A stretch of 64,000 bases of DNA from Nemertoderma westbladi (taxonomy: Eukaryota > Animalia > Xenacoelomorpha): NCBI GenBank assembly GCA_032718475.1, contig JAUCBJ010000054.1:26072-90071 (forward strand), in the 5' to 3' direction. The position numbers were made by a program, and so were the translations under genes. Within the stretch, counting starts at the first letter, position 1. Every line of letters begins with the position of its first letter. Below are positions 51,801 to 64,000 of this stretch, in pieces. The notes under the pieces were generated by a model, which was not told the DNA's origin, made no database searches, and saw nothing but the letters and a program-made list of their open reading frames with translations.

Positions 51801-54800
51801 GAGCAGCACCCACACATACATTCCCGGTAGCAGATAGGAGCAGCACCCACACATACATTCCGGTAGCAGATAGGAGCAGCGCCCACACATACATTCCGGT
51901 TACAGATAGGAGCAGCGCCCACACATACATTCTGGTAGCAGATAGGAACAGCGCCCACACATACATTCTGGTAGCAGATAGGAGCAGCGCCCACACATAC
52001 ATTCCGGTAGCAGATAGGAGCAGCGCCCACACCTACATTCCGGTAGCAGATAGGAGCAGCGCCCACACATACATTCTGGTAGCAGATAGGAGCAGCGCCC
52101 ACACATACACTCCGGTAGCAGATAGGAGCAGCGCATGGTAGCAGATAGGAGCAGCGCCCACACATACATTCCGGTTACAGATAGGAGCAGCGCCCACACA
52201 TACATTCCGGTAGCAGATAGGAGCAGCACCCACACATACATTCCGGTAGCAGATAGGAGCAGCACCCACACATACATTCCGGTAGCAGATAGGAGCAGCA
52301 CCCACACATACATTCCGGTAGCAGATAGGAGCAGCACCCACACATACATTCCGGTAGCAGATAGGAGCAGCACCCACACATACATTCCGGTAGCAAATAG
52401 GAGCAGCACCCACACATACATTCCGGTAGCAGATAGGAGCAGCACCCACACATACATTCCGGTAGCAAATAGGAGCAGCACCCACACATACATTCCCGGT
52501 AGCAGATAGGAGCAGCGCCCACACATACATTCTGGTAGCAGATAGGAGCAGCGCCCACACATACATTCCGGTAGCAGATAGGAGCAGCACCCACACATAC
52601 ATTCCGGTAGCAAATAGGAGCAGCACCCACACATACATTCCCGGTAGCAGATAGGAGCAGAGCCCACACATACATTCTGGTAGCAGATAGGAGCAGCGCC
52701 CACACATACATTCCGGTAGCAGATAGGAGCAGCACCCACACATACATTCCGGTAGCAGATAGGAGCAGCACCCACACATACATTCCGGTAGCAGATAGGA
52801 GCAGCACCCACACATACATTCCGGTAGCAAATAGGAGCAGCACCCACACATACATTCCCGGTAGCAGATAGGAGCAGCGCCCACACATACATTCTGGTAA
52901 CAGATAGGAGCAGTGCCCACACATACATTCTGGTAACAGATAGGAGCAGCGCCCACACCTACATTCCGGTAGCAGATAGGAGCAGTGCCCACACATAGGT
53001 ACATTCCGGTAACAGATAGGAGCAGCGCCCACACCTACATTCCGGTAGCAGATAGGAGCAGTGCCCACACATACATTCTGGTAACAGATAGGAGCAGTGC
53101 CCACACATACATTCTGGTAACAGATAGGAGCAGCGCCCACACCTACATTCCGGTAGCAGATAGGAGCAGTGCCCACACATAGGTACATTCTGGTAACAGA
53201 TAGGAGCAGCGCCCACACATACATTCTGGTAGCAGATAGGAGCAGCGCCCACACCTACATTCCGGTAGCAGATAGGAGCAGCGCCCACACATACATTCCG
53301 GTAGCAGATAGGAGCAGCACCCACACATACATTCCGGTAGCAGATAGGAGCAGCACCCACACATACATTCCAGTAGCAAATAGGAGCAGCACCCACACAT
53401 ACATTCCGGTAGCAGATAGGAGCAGCACCCACACATACATTCCGGTAGCAGATAGGAGCAGCGCCCACACATACATTCCAGTAGCAAATAGGAGCAGCAC
53501 CCACACATACATTCCGGTTGCAGATAGGAGCAGCGCCCACACATACATTCTGGTTACAGATAGGAGCAGCGCCCACACATACATTCCGGTAGCAGATAGG
53601 AGCAGCGCCCACACATAGGTACATTCCGGTAACAGATAGGTGCAGCACCCACACATACATTCCGGTAGCAGATAGGAGCAGCGCCCACACATACATTCTG
53701 GTAGCAGATAGGAGCAGCGCCCACACATAGGTACATTCCGGTAGTAGATAGGAGCAGTGCACGGTAGCAGATAGGAACAGAGCCCACACATAGGTACATT
53801 CCGGTAGCAGATAGGAGCAGCGCCCACACATACATTCTGGTAGCAGATAGGAGCAGCGCCCACACATAGGTACATTCCGGTAGTAGATAGGAGCAGTGCA
53901 CGGTAGCAGATAGGAACAGAGCCCACACATAGGTACATTCCGGTAGCAGATAGGAGCAGCACCCACACATACATTCCGGTAGCAGATAGGAGCAGCACCC
54001 ACACATACATTCCGGTAGCAGATAGGAGCAGCGCCCACACCTACATTCCGGTAGCAGATAGGAGCAGCGCCCACACATACATTCTGGTAGCAGATAGGAG
54101 CAGCGCCCACACATACATTCTGGTAGCAGATAGGAGCAGCGCCCACACATACATTCCGGTAGCAGATAGGAGCAGCACCCACACATACATTCCGGTAGCA
54201 GATAGGAGCAGCACCCACACATACATTCCGGTAGCAAATAGGAGCAGCACCCACACATACATTCCCGGTAGCAGATAGGAGCAGCACCCACACATACATT
54301 CCGGTAGCAGATAGGAGCAGCGCCCACACATAGGTACATTCCGGTAACAGATAGGTGCAGCACCCACACATACATTCCGGTAGCAGATAGGAGCAGCGCC
54401 CACACATACATTCTGGTAGCAGATAGGAGCAGCGCCCACACATAGGTACATTCCGGTAGTAGATAGGAGCAGTGCACGGTAGCAGATAGGAACAGAGCCC
54501 ACACATAGGTACATTCCGGTAGCAGATAGGAGCAGCGCCCACACATACATTCCGGTCACTGTTTTTTTTCTTATTTTAATCAAAGTTTTACTTTCCCACA
54601 ATAATCTTTTTTTGCATCGCGGTTTTATTATTTATTATTTACAGTATGTATTGTATAGGCCTACTATTAAAAACATACAAATATTTTACAGTGCAATGGA
54701 GATTATAATATTTCTATCCTGAAAATTTCCCATTAAAGGGCGAGCCCCCAAACAAATCGTCAATAGGAAGCGTTACGCCTCCAAATTATAGAATTGGTAT

Positions 54801-56941
54801 AATACGATCCTATGAGAGAAGACCAGACATCCGCATCACGTGATTGAGTAAAAATAATCATAGGTCTCGGTCATATTTCGGGGCGTCGAGGCGTCAAAAT
54901 AATGAAGTCTGTGAAGGTATCCTCAGCACAAACGAATGTGTGAAAGGTAATTAGTACACTGTTGTAGGCCTATGTAGTCTGGGAGCACCGTTATTTGCGC
55001 AATTCGGCTGTGGCATTGTACCGTTACCGGTATGCCACAGCCCAGCGGATAAAAGGCCTTATTTCAATGTAATTACAAGAAATAGTGCAAATTTTATTAA
55101 TGCTGTAGTTACATTTTCATTTGCATTAGTATTTGCAAATTCAGACTTTCCCAAAATTAAAAGATTTCCACAAAAAGTAGCAGACAGAGAGACACTTGTT
55201 TGTGAGTGTATTGAACGAGTTAACCTTATGTATAATATACAGTACGGGATACTATATCAAGACACGTGGAGTGTGTTGGACAGACCAACTGTATGTCGGC
55301 CTACTGTACGAGAGACACGTGTGAGTCTAAGTGTGTTGAACGAACTATAACTGAATGTGCTGTATAACTGTACTGTAGGAAACGATAATAATCGTAAATT
55401 ATTATCTGAGGCTGCAATCTCTGCGCAATTCTATGTAGAAACAAACTTATAGAGTGGCGACACTACAGTGCTAACTGATATATTGGTATATACTGCGCTA
55501 ATAATATTCACTCCATTTTTATGAAATAATTTATTTTGCGTGGAGCAAGCCATGTCTGTTGGCTAGCGTTTTCATGTCTTTCAATAATAGTCTATGACAT
55601 CTCTATGGCAAATGTATACAGGATGCATGAATAGAAATGATAGTAAGTTGTTTCTCATTGAGTTTCAGCGCCTCAAATTTTGGAAGGATCACATTCAGTA
55701 ACTCTAAACAATGACAGGGTATTTGAGCTTTGACCTGATAGCTTTGAGGTACATCGTGTATCTGAGTCTGTGCTCACAGATATCCCTATTGGTGACATCT
55801 TCTCTTTTGCTGAAATCAAGACTGCAGCTAGGAGCATTAAGGGGGGGGGGGGGGGTTACCTTTTTTAGGATAAAAAATGCAAACACCGAATTTTGGTCAA
55901 TATTTGTACATAATTTTGTATAAAATGTATAAATATGTTTGTGGATTAAAGTATCCTGTTCCGGCTACGAAAGTTAATTACATTATTCTTTATTATTGTT
56001 ATAATCTATAACTTAAATTATTAATAATATTCGCACCACGGAAAAATTACACGGATTGCAGGGTTTTTAATATGATTTAATGAGAGACGGTTGATAAGGT
56101 TCCCCGACTTATGGTTGCTAAGGTTACCGGAGAGAAGCGGTTGCTGAGTTTACGCGAGACACGGTTGGTTAGTTACCCCAGTCGGCCCAGTCCCAGTCTA
56201 GAAGTTAACTGTTGTTTCCTCCGTCTGGGTGACCGTATGATATAACTATCTTCGGGTATACCAGCGTCTGAATGGTGTCGGTCTACCGAAATCAGTGTCG
56301 GTTGACTCTCACCCGAAACCATTATTTACCGAGCGCTAGCGAGTTTAATAAAGGGTCGAAAGAATGTTTTAAAAAATGTTCTAACGTTTTTTATTCCCAT
56401 GTAATACGTAATTTTAATCATAAATTGGTACTTTTTGTTGCTCAATTCTTTAATAAAACAACAATATAGTGTTACAAAATATATTGAACTGTAGTATTTT
56501 ACTATATTGCTTCCATAGTTACTGCGATTCAAATTATTGTACTCTTCAACTCCTGATGCTGCCTAACTCAGTGGTCAATAATTGTTATAGTGTTCTCGAA
56601 TAAAATAATTATTATATAACTAGAAAGCCACTTAACTACCACCGGTACATAAACCAGTATTGGATATTGAGTTCCATTTTGGAGTTCGCCTTGCAGACAC
56701 TAAAGTTGCAACAACTTTTCATTATATGGATGGATTTTGCTCAAATTACTCAAATTATTTTTCTACGTCAATGCTCTTTCAACACATGACAATAAAATTT
56801 AAGAAATTCGAACAAAAATGTTTTATTTTGTTTTTTTTGCCGGGAAAAAAAGTAAAATTTAAGCAAATATAGGGGTATATTCGAGTGAAAAAGAAACAAT
56901 TTAAGAATATTATAAGCCATTATTAATGTGCGACAGTTAAT

Positions 56942-57076
56942 CATTAAACTACATAATTGTTTAACTTTCTGTATTTGATTTCCACCATTAAACTACACAA
57001 TTGTTTAACTTTCTGTATTTGATTTCCACCATTAAACTACGTAATTGTTTAACTTTCTGTATTTGATTTCCATCAT
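56942..57076. repeat. 44-bp tandem repeat, 3 copies, just 3' of MORN4
   Basis: CATTAAACTACATAATTGTTTAACTTTCTGTATTTGATTTCCAC. Confidence 0.9.
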
Positions 57077-57124
57077 TTTAGAAACTATGAATTGTTGTCT
57101 GCTGTCTGACTGGCAATGTTCTGA

Positions 57125-57253
57125 TTAAGGCAATATTTCTTCTTCCTCTTTTGTAAAAGTAAATTTATATTTTAAACTTCGGCTCAAATCGACGGCCTTC
57201 CTCGCACTTTCCACGATATTATCGGACTTGCATCTCCTGACCAGTTTCGTCCC
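57125..57253 (-). CDS. MORN4: MORN4 exon 3 (terminal); spliced protein 159 aa
   Basis: TTTTAG acceptor; GTKLVRRCKSDNIVESARKA..ILP* parallels the MORN4 KLLRREKC..VQRAQ end. Confidence 0.85.
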   Translation of the reverse strand, partial: GTKLVRRCKSDNIVESARKAVDLSRSLKYKFTFTKEEEEILP

Positions 57254-57567
57254 CTAAAATATAAGTTAACAAAAATTTCACATAACCATAGAATCCGCCA
57301 AAAATATGTTATAATATATAATAATGTAACATAACCTTCCATTTAATGTGATGTAATGTGAAAAAAAATCTTAGGCCGTTAGGCCACGGATTACGCACAA
57401 AGTCCCCCCAGAACTATACTCCCCAGAGGAAAATTCCAGTACTCATTAAGCTACAATTTAAGGATGCAAGGCAGAGATGCCTGGCTGGTCCCTTGAATTC
57501 AATGTAACCACTACACCAAGGTGGGCCCTAAATGAATGTGTTACTAAAATAAAAGATGGCGACTAAC

Positions 57568-57728
57568 TTGGAATTCTCCCTCGTATTTCGGAATGCCATG
57601 GGTCCCGTCCGGGAAGGTCATTAACCCCAGACCGCGCACCTGTCCGGAATAGAATTCCCCCTCGAACGTCAACCCATCTTTCCGAACATAGGAGCCGACA
57701 CCATCGTATTCGCCTTTCCTTAAGTGTC
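57568..57728 (-). CDS. MORN4: MORN4 exon 2 (not in the ORF track)
   Basis: GEYDGVGSYVRKDGLTFEGEFYSGQVRGLGLMTFPDGTHGIPKYEGEFQ; AG/GT sites, phases compatible. Confidence 0.9.
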
Positions 57729-57829
57729 CTGAATAATGAAATACAAAGTAGTTATAGAACTTTAAATATAGAATACGTTATTTTATATTTTAGTTTGTAA
57801 CTTACCGGGTACTTTTGTAGAATAATAGC

Positions 57830-57985
57830 GACCCGTTACCATAGTAACTAATATTCGCACATCGCCCCGTTACCATAGTAACTAATCATCGTACATCTTT
57901 CCGTTACCATAGTAACTAATCATCGCAGATCGTCCCGTTACCATGGAAAGTAATCTTCGAATAGCGCCCGTTACCACGGTAATGT
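57830..57985. repeat. 34-bp tandem repeat, ~5 copies, containing the GTTACCATAGTAAC palindrome
   Basis: Motif at 57835, 57869, 57903; degenerate at 57937 and 57970. Confidence 0.85.
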
Positions 57986-58003
57986 AACCACCCTATGCAA
58001 CAC

Positions 58004-58928
58004 TACTACTACTACTCCTATAATCGGCCTGCTGCATTGAAACTGCACATTGAGATGCGATGATGGCTTGAAAAAAAATAATTTTGCCACCACCATGCAA
58101 TCTACATTTGGCAAGCCCAATGCAGCGTGCATTAAGAATGCTGTGCTGGCTTATCAGCAAAGTCGCACCTCCACAACTCCCTATCCCCATGACTTTCGCG
58201 AGGTTATCCGTATCTTCAAGGTCAGTGTTCTTTAGGAGGCGTCTCACGAAAGTAATGCGCTGTCAACCATGCTTTTTTTCCATGGGGCTGTCAAAACACA
58301 AGATTGTGCAGAGGCTAGTCCTCACGGCAAAAACAATGTCCTGCAAAGCATAGGTGGCTTTGTTCAAGTATCAAGCTTGGGTGAACCAATGAGACACCTC
58401 CAATGTTATATAGTGTCTGGTTGGAGATGTGTGAATTATACTTGACACAATGAACCCGGCGTAGCATTCTTGTGAATGTACCATCCAGAGACTTGGTGTC
58501 CTCAGCAGTTAGAGCCCAGCATGGACTCCCATAGAGGAGTACTGGAACTACAGCTGCTCTAAATAATTGAACCTTAAGTTTCCGATTAATTCTATGTGAC
58601 TTCCAAATCCTGGAAAGCCTATTCAAAGCTGCCCATGCCTTTCCCTTATGTATTCGAAGGTCCTCACCTGACTTCGGGATCCATGATCCCATGTAACAGA
58701 AATCGTCCACATGGTCAAGCATACCATCCTTTGAGCTTATGCTCATCCGGTCAGAGAATTGCTGAGAACTTTCAAAGTTAACTGTCAAAATTTTGGTCTT
58801 TCTGGAGTTAATAAAAAGACCAACACTAGAAGCAGCATGTTCTAATGAGCTGAGGAGCCGTTGGGCTCCCTCTAGTGATTCTGAGAGTTCTCCTAAGTCA
58901 TCAGCAAACCTCGACTTCTGGAGCCAGT
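58004..58928 (-). mobile_element. 5'-truncated RTE-like LINE in MORN4 intron 1
   Basis: FADDL, KLKVQLFRAAVVPVLLYGS..W; (AGT)n tail; 8-bp TSD TGCAACAC (57996-58003, 58929-58936). Confidence 0.85.
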
Positions 58929-58959
58929 TGCAACACAACCCGTTACCCTAGTGTCTAAC

Positions 58960-59149
58960 CTTCATATCGTGAACCATCCGCATACAACATCTGCCCGTAA
59001 CCGTGAGGTAATCCGAACTGAAACTCCCCGGAATATGTTGTCCCATCCGGGAACTTTAAATGTCCTAATCCGTGACGTAAACATTCGTTACTCCATTCGC
59101 CTCTGTATTCCAGATTCGTCGGGTATTTGTACTGACCCAGAATACTCAT
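58960..59149 (-). CDS. MORN4: MORN4/retinophilin exon 1
   Basis: EYRGEW..RHGLGHLKFPDGTTYSGEF..DGSRYEG; GT donor at 58959, phase 1. Confidence 0.9.
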
Positions 59150-59790
59150 CGTGAAATATTAGAAGTTGTTGTTAAATATTCAAGTTTAATTAATTTGCGA
59201 TGTTACATAAGAAAGAAAATTATGGTAATACAGTACTGTAGCTTTGCTTACATAATTAAAATCCTCAATTTCTTTCAAAAATTTGCATTAAAAAAATAAA
59301 TGTCAAATAATCTTCACTACTCTCTTACAGTACCTGTAAGATGCTTCACTAAGCAGAATATAATTACTATCATATAATAACTATTTGCATACTTGTGTGT
59401 AAAGTAGCACTTTACAGTGTGATGATCCGAGTGTCTTTGTTACACGAACGAATGTTAGAGAGTGAGTGAAAATAAAGCCATGAGGATGAGAACAGTAAAG
59501 TACTTTGCAACAAGTATGTATGTAGTTTTATTCCAAAATTTTAACATTACGAAATGATTGTACATATACAATATAAGTGATAGAAACTGCACAAATTAGA
59601 TTAGTTGCTGTATAAATAAATGTAAAAATGACATAAATTATGTTATAAATAAGTTAGCTTATATTTATGGTGGCTTTTGGAGCCATGTTATAATAATATA
59701 GCTAGGCCCTATTGGTTATTAATAGCTATACCCCGCCTACCGGAAGGTAATGCAGTAGGCCTATCTGGCTGTCAAGCAAATTTCCACCTA

Positions 59791-59877
59791 TTGTTTACGT
59801 GGTATCCAATGACGGCGTTAAGTAATGTCCCCTTAGTGGACATTACTTAACGCCGTCATGGGTTATCACGTAAACAA
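59791..59877. repeat. 87-bp hairpin upstream of MORN4
   Basis: TTGTTTACGTG..ATGACGGCGTTAAGTAATGTCC-loop-GGACATTACTTAACGCCGTCAT..CACGTAAACAA. Confidence 0.85.
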
Positions 59878-60780
59878 CAACACCAAATACAATACTAAAT
59901 GTACAGGCCAATACAATGCTGTAATGTCCTCTAAAGTTGTAAAGTGCTAAATAATAACTTGCTGTTAATACTAACGGCGTTGAGTAATGTTACAATTTTG
60001 GAATAAAATATCTAATTTAAATATTAATACAACCAGTATTAACTTCCGCCTATTCACTTTTATAAACTTGTTTTTTCACCTTACAATGTCGTGAACTTAT
60101 AATGTAATTGAAGTTGAGCCGATCACAAAGCCTGGGTGAGTTTTAGTGAAACAATAATAATTAAAATACTGTATACATGAAACTATGTAGCGGTATAATA
60201 ATTTATCTCGGTAAATTGAAAAGCATCTTATATATTCTAAGCATCCACCCCATCAATACCTCTCAACATGGGCGTTGTTTATTATCCAAGCACGTGATTG
60301 GCTCAATATATACGCGCCTGCGTTGGAATTCTCGTTGTTATGGAAATAGGAACGAAAACACGACATAGTTACCAGATCGATCCCCCCTCCCCCCACACCT
60401 GATGCAGCTGATATCAGCTGCAGCCCTTGGAGTTCTTAGACATCGTCGGTAAAAAGGAAACGGGCATTTTGTAAAAGGGCATTTGGTAAAAGGGCCTCTA
60501 TGCATGCGGAATCCTGACAATGTGTTTTCACTTTCTGGCAAAACATTAAATCCTGATGTTTCTTTCGGGTGTAAAAGGGCATTTGTGTAAAATCATGTAA
60601 AGGAAATTTACTGCTTAAGGATTATTAAACCAGACAAACATTTCAATTTTTGATTCGTATCAAATATGCGACGATTTTCTTACTAAGTTTCTATTACCTG
60701 TAAACAAACGCTATAAGTTTAATACAAGTTTAATAACTGCCGACTTAATTAAACGCAAGTTATTATTCATTTACTTTCAG

Positions 60781-61002
60781 ATCCGAGTGGTGAATGCCTT
60801 TAGGAGTTCTTTGTACGAAGAGACAGACATTAAGAGTATAAAATCCCAGAGATCCCACCAGGAACACGATTTATTTATGCACCATATTCCCGAGAATGCC
60901 TACCAAACTCTTAGTGACGAAGATCTCGCTAACCATGCCGCCGAACTGTCTGAGTCCGAAGTGGTTCGAACTCCTAGTCGGATGGTAGAGACTTCCATAT
61001 AG
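60781..61002 (+). CDS. ATP2B: Terminal exon of a plasma-membrane Ca2+-ATPase (PMCA, b-type C-terminus)
   Basis: TTACTTTCAG acceptor, then IRVVNAFRSSLYE (second half of the calmodulin-binding domain, at conserved splice site C); ends in PDZ-binding ETSI*. Confidence 0.88.
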   Translation: MRVVNAFRSSLYEETDIKSIKSQRSHQEHDLFMHHIPENAYQTLSDEDLANHAAELSESEVVRTPSRMVETSI

Positions 61003-64000
61003 ACCTCCTCCTCGTCAAACAGTCGGGGATCCGCAAATCTAGTTCACCTAAATCAAGTCCAATTATCGTGTTTGTCATGGAAGATATCTAGAGATAGTCT
61101 TCCATGGTTTCAGAGATTATTAATAAATTAAGATGAATATCGACTCTATTGCTAATCGTTAGGAATATTGAATCGGTTAGCTGATAATTGTTACGTAATC
61201 GCGGGTTTCATTGCGACACATCGAGATATTTATTTACATTTAGTCCCGACACTACTGGTAGAACTGCTCGCCTGATAAAGTGGACCCACCCCCCCCCCCC
61301 CCCCCCCCTGTTCGCGCTTTCAGACCTTTGGCAGTTTAACCCGCCAAATTAGGATGTCTTCTAGATAATAAATCACCTTTAGCCTATGACAAGTATTTAA
61401 TTCACTACACTAGTCGAAACCAATCTGTGCGCGATCATTCACCCGCTGGATAATTCCCGGGAGATTGGGTTCGACGGCTTAATTTTATTGCTATGTAAGC
61501 TTAATGTATTATTCGACTGACAGTATTATATAATCTCTGACAATATTATTCACCTTCGGGAATATTAACAGTTCCTTTAGGACGTGGCGCTTTATTTATA
61601 TAAACAGAGTTATGACTTAAACTACTCACAACGATATGGCTTAATTATAATTCACATATATGGCGCATTCTTTAGAAAATGCTTCGTTATCAGTCTCACT
61701 CATACACAATGCTGCACAATACTGCACACTGATCTGCCGATCTTCACTGATTTTAGTCACATATAAAAGGAACACGGACTGACTCATGTAGGGGCTATCA
61801 AATAACATTAGATTCACTTCAAACCACTTTAACATAAGTCACAATCGTTATGTATAACCTTTCTCTCTTACCTTCAGTATATCAAGAATATTGGGTTTTC
61901 GGGGTTATTTATCGTTATTCCAAATATAATAATTCATCAACCAAATTATGAAGTACAGACAGCAAATAGCAGTATAACAATATAAAGTATGCACAGTGTT
62001 ACACAGTATGCAGTGTATGCGGTACTGCAGTATGCATTGATTGCATTGAGTTAGGTTAGTCAAGATAACGGATATATGGCCTTATGATTAAGCCTACTAG
62101 TGTACGGCTAAAACAGTAAAGCACAAAAAACTTCCAAGCCGTTCTTTCTTTGGCTCAGGACTGAATGTAAACACTGCACATAGGCATTGCGTCATTTCTC
62201 GGAAATTTTCTGTACAAGGAGCCACAAAAACGCTCTAATTGGCTGACTGAACTGAGAGACGCCGTAGAACAAAGGAAATCAACACGTATGAATGTCAGCT
62301 GTTAACCGTAGTCATAGTAACTACTGTTCAAGAGTAGCTATCACCCCTTTGCGTCACGAATTGCCATAGAATCATAAAATATGCCTTTCACAGTACACAT
62401 ACGGAGGAAATAGGTCTTAGATCCTCTAAAAACACCGATACAGCAATAATACGGTCTCTTACACTTATTAAATCAACTACAGAGTATTTTAATGTAAAAG
62501 ATAATAAAAATAACGGGGCAATTCAGCAAAGGCTTTTACACCGCTCCCAGAAAATGGGATTTTCAGTCTATAAAATATAAAAATCACAGTTTCTAAAACC
62601 TAAAGATACTCTAAACAGTTAGTCTTTCTTGCGCGGACGGCGTTTACGCAGTTTTTTAAAGCTAGCAAGAGTCCTTTTCTCTTTGGGGGGAACCACTTTA
62701 CTAGGAGGGCCATAACTCCTGGGTGAAGGGTGCAATATGATTGCATTAGAAGGTTTGGGTTTACTGTCGGTGTCTCGTCCATTTCGATATGCTTCTCCTC
62801 GAGCTGATTTTCCTCCGCTTGTCATGGGATATGTTCGTCCAAAACTCTCGCAGAGAATAGGGTTTTCTAAGCTTAATATCTTCTTAGAGATTCGAGATTT
62901 CCCAATCGAACCGAGATAAGGCCAATTCGTTTATCGATTGGACTTACTGTTATAACTTACGTTTATCTGAACAAACGCAGGTTTCCTTTTTGATCTTTAT
63001 AGAATCACGTTTAACTCGTTTCGTACAAAACTCTCCTTCACCTTGATGAAGGGTTGTATCGCGTTAAACGGGGACGACCATACGGTAGGATAGTGATATT
63101 GGGTGTCCGCATCACAATCCGGCTAGGTAAGATGGGCGGCTAGCTAGAAATCACTGTCGGAGTGTTACCGATTAATTGTTAGGGTAGCACTAGATCTTTG
63201 AACAGTGAATACAGTCCACGAGGATCCGCGACACCACCAGGATCGTAGGTCTGAGGTCCAACTAAGGAATGAGGAGGTTTGATCGAGTATTCCGGGACTC
63301 TGATCGTAGGTTTACTCCAGGATCGTTCGAGCCGAGTGAGCATAGGTGGTACGTCAAACAAGTTTCGCTCGAAACTCCAGTAAATATAACGAGCACAACT
63401 GTGTTTAACACAACGTTTCCGTGGATGTTTATGTCTTTCCGTTTATTGGCTGGATCTAGGGCATTTATCGTAATAATACCAAAGACGCACGTCTGGTAGG
63501 GGTAACGCGGATGATATTTATTTGTTGTTACAATGCTTCTATCAAGAATTCCCAATATATGTTGGAGTTACCGCGTTTATTTGTTTCTTTAATGTCTTTT
63601 CTTTCGAGCCGATTTCGAATAGAATTTTCGCATTCGAATTTCAGTTTATGGTTCCGACTCCGCTGGGCAGGATATATAGTCGACATAGTCCGTATTGTGT
63701 AAATTGATAGAATGACCAGTAGTTAAGAAGCCCATATACGTACCATTACGGCTTGTAAAAGTAGAGTATATCGCTCCCCGATACCAAGACCATCTTCTAT
63801 CAACTCCGTCATTTCTGCTATACATGAGTTTATCCACATTATAAGGAGTTTATATTTAGGCGAGCGGGCGTCGCTGCCTACCCCAATCAACCCCCGGACA
63901 GGACGAGATCCTCAGCGCCGATGTGTCGTCGCCGCCGTACTTTCGCCAACGACGTAGCCGCACAACGACAACGACAACTGGCACAAGTCACTCGACTGTC

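Larger units (their letters stand above)
40343..54556. repeat. 36-bp satellite (GGTAGCAGATAGGAGCAGCGCCCACACATACATTCC; 22-, 37- and 40-bp variants), ~9 kb, interrupted by LTR element #2
   Basis: Direct periodicity at 40343-41075 and 46209-54556. Confidence 0.95.

Noticed and set aside
46156-54601. Long Cys-rich ORFs in all three minus frames
   Set aside because: Translation of a 36-bp satellite with frequent frame-breaking 22-, 37- and 40-bp units
54690-54950. Possible alternative PMCA exon
   Set aside because: Stops in all frames after the candidate acceptor and no PMCA-like motif

Overview
AT-rich, repeat-dense eukaryotic DNA from an invertebrate metazoan; the taxon cannot be fixed from the sequence. 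Host genes: an intronless VPS33B-like gene (-), a frameshifted type II membrane fibrinogen-related (FReD) gene with a truncated duplicate (-), a 3-exon MORN4/retinophilin gene (-), and the terminal exon of a plasma-membrane Ca2+-ATPase (PMCA, +) at 60781-61002. I found no upstream PMCA exon, so most of the window may be one large PMCA intron holding nested antisense genes. Mobile DNA: two young Mag-like Ty3/Gypsy LTR elements with TSDs, RTEX/RTE/CRE-type LINE fragments, Helentron/HINE-like elements (one inside a 5' LTR), and a family of GG-ended foldback MITEs with 8-9 bp TSDs that carry TGTTCTAGAACA palindromes and some heat-shock elements. The most unusual observation is a 3.8-kb array of 91-bp units, each a copy of the FReD gene's last ~28 codons plus double stop and AATAAA, while the gene's own copy of that segment is frameshifted. 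Most ORFs over tandem repeats are spurious. Copy numbers are estimates from length divided by period.
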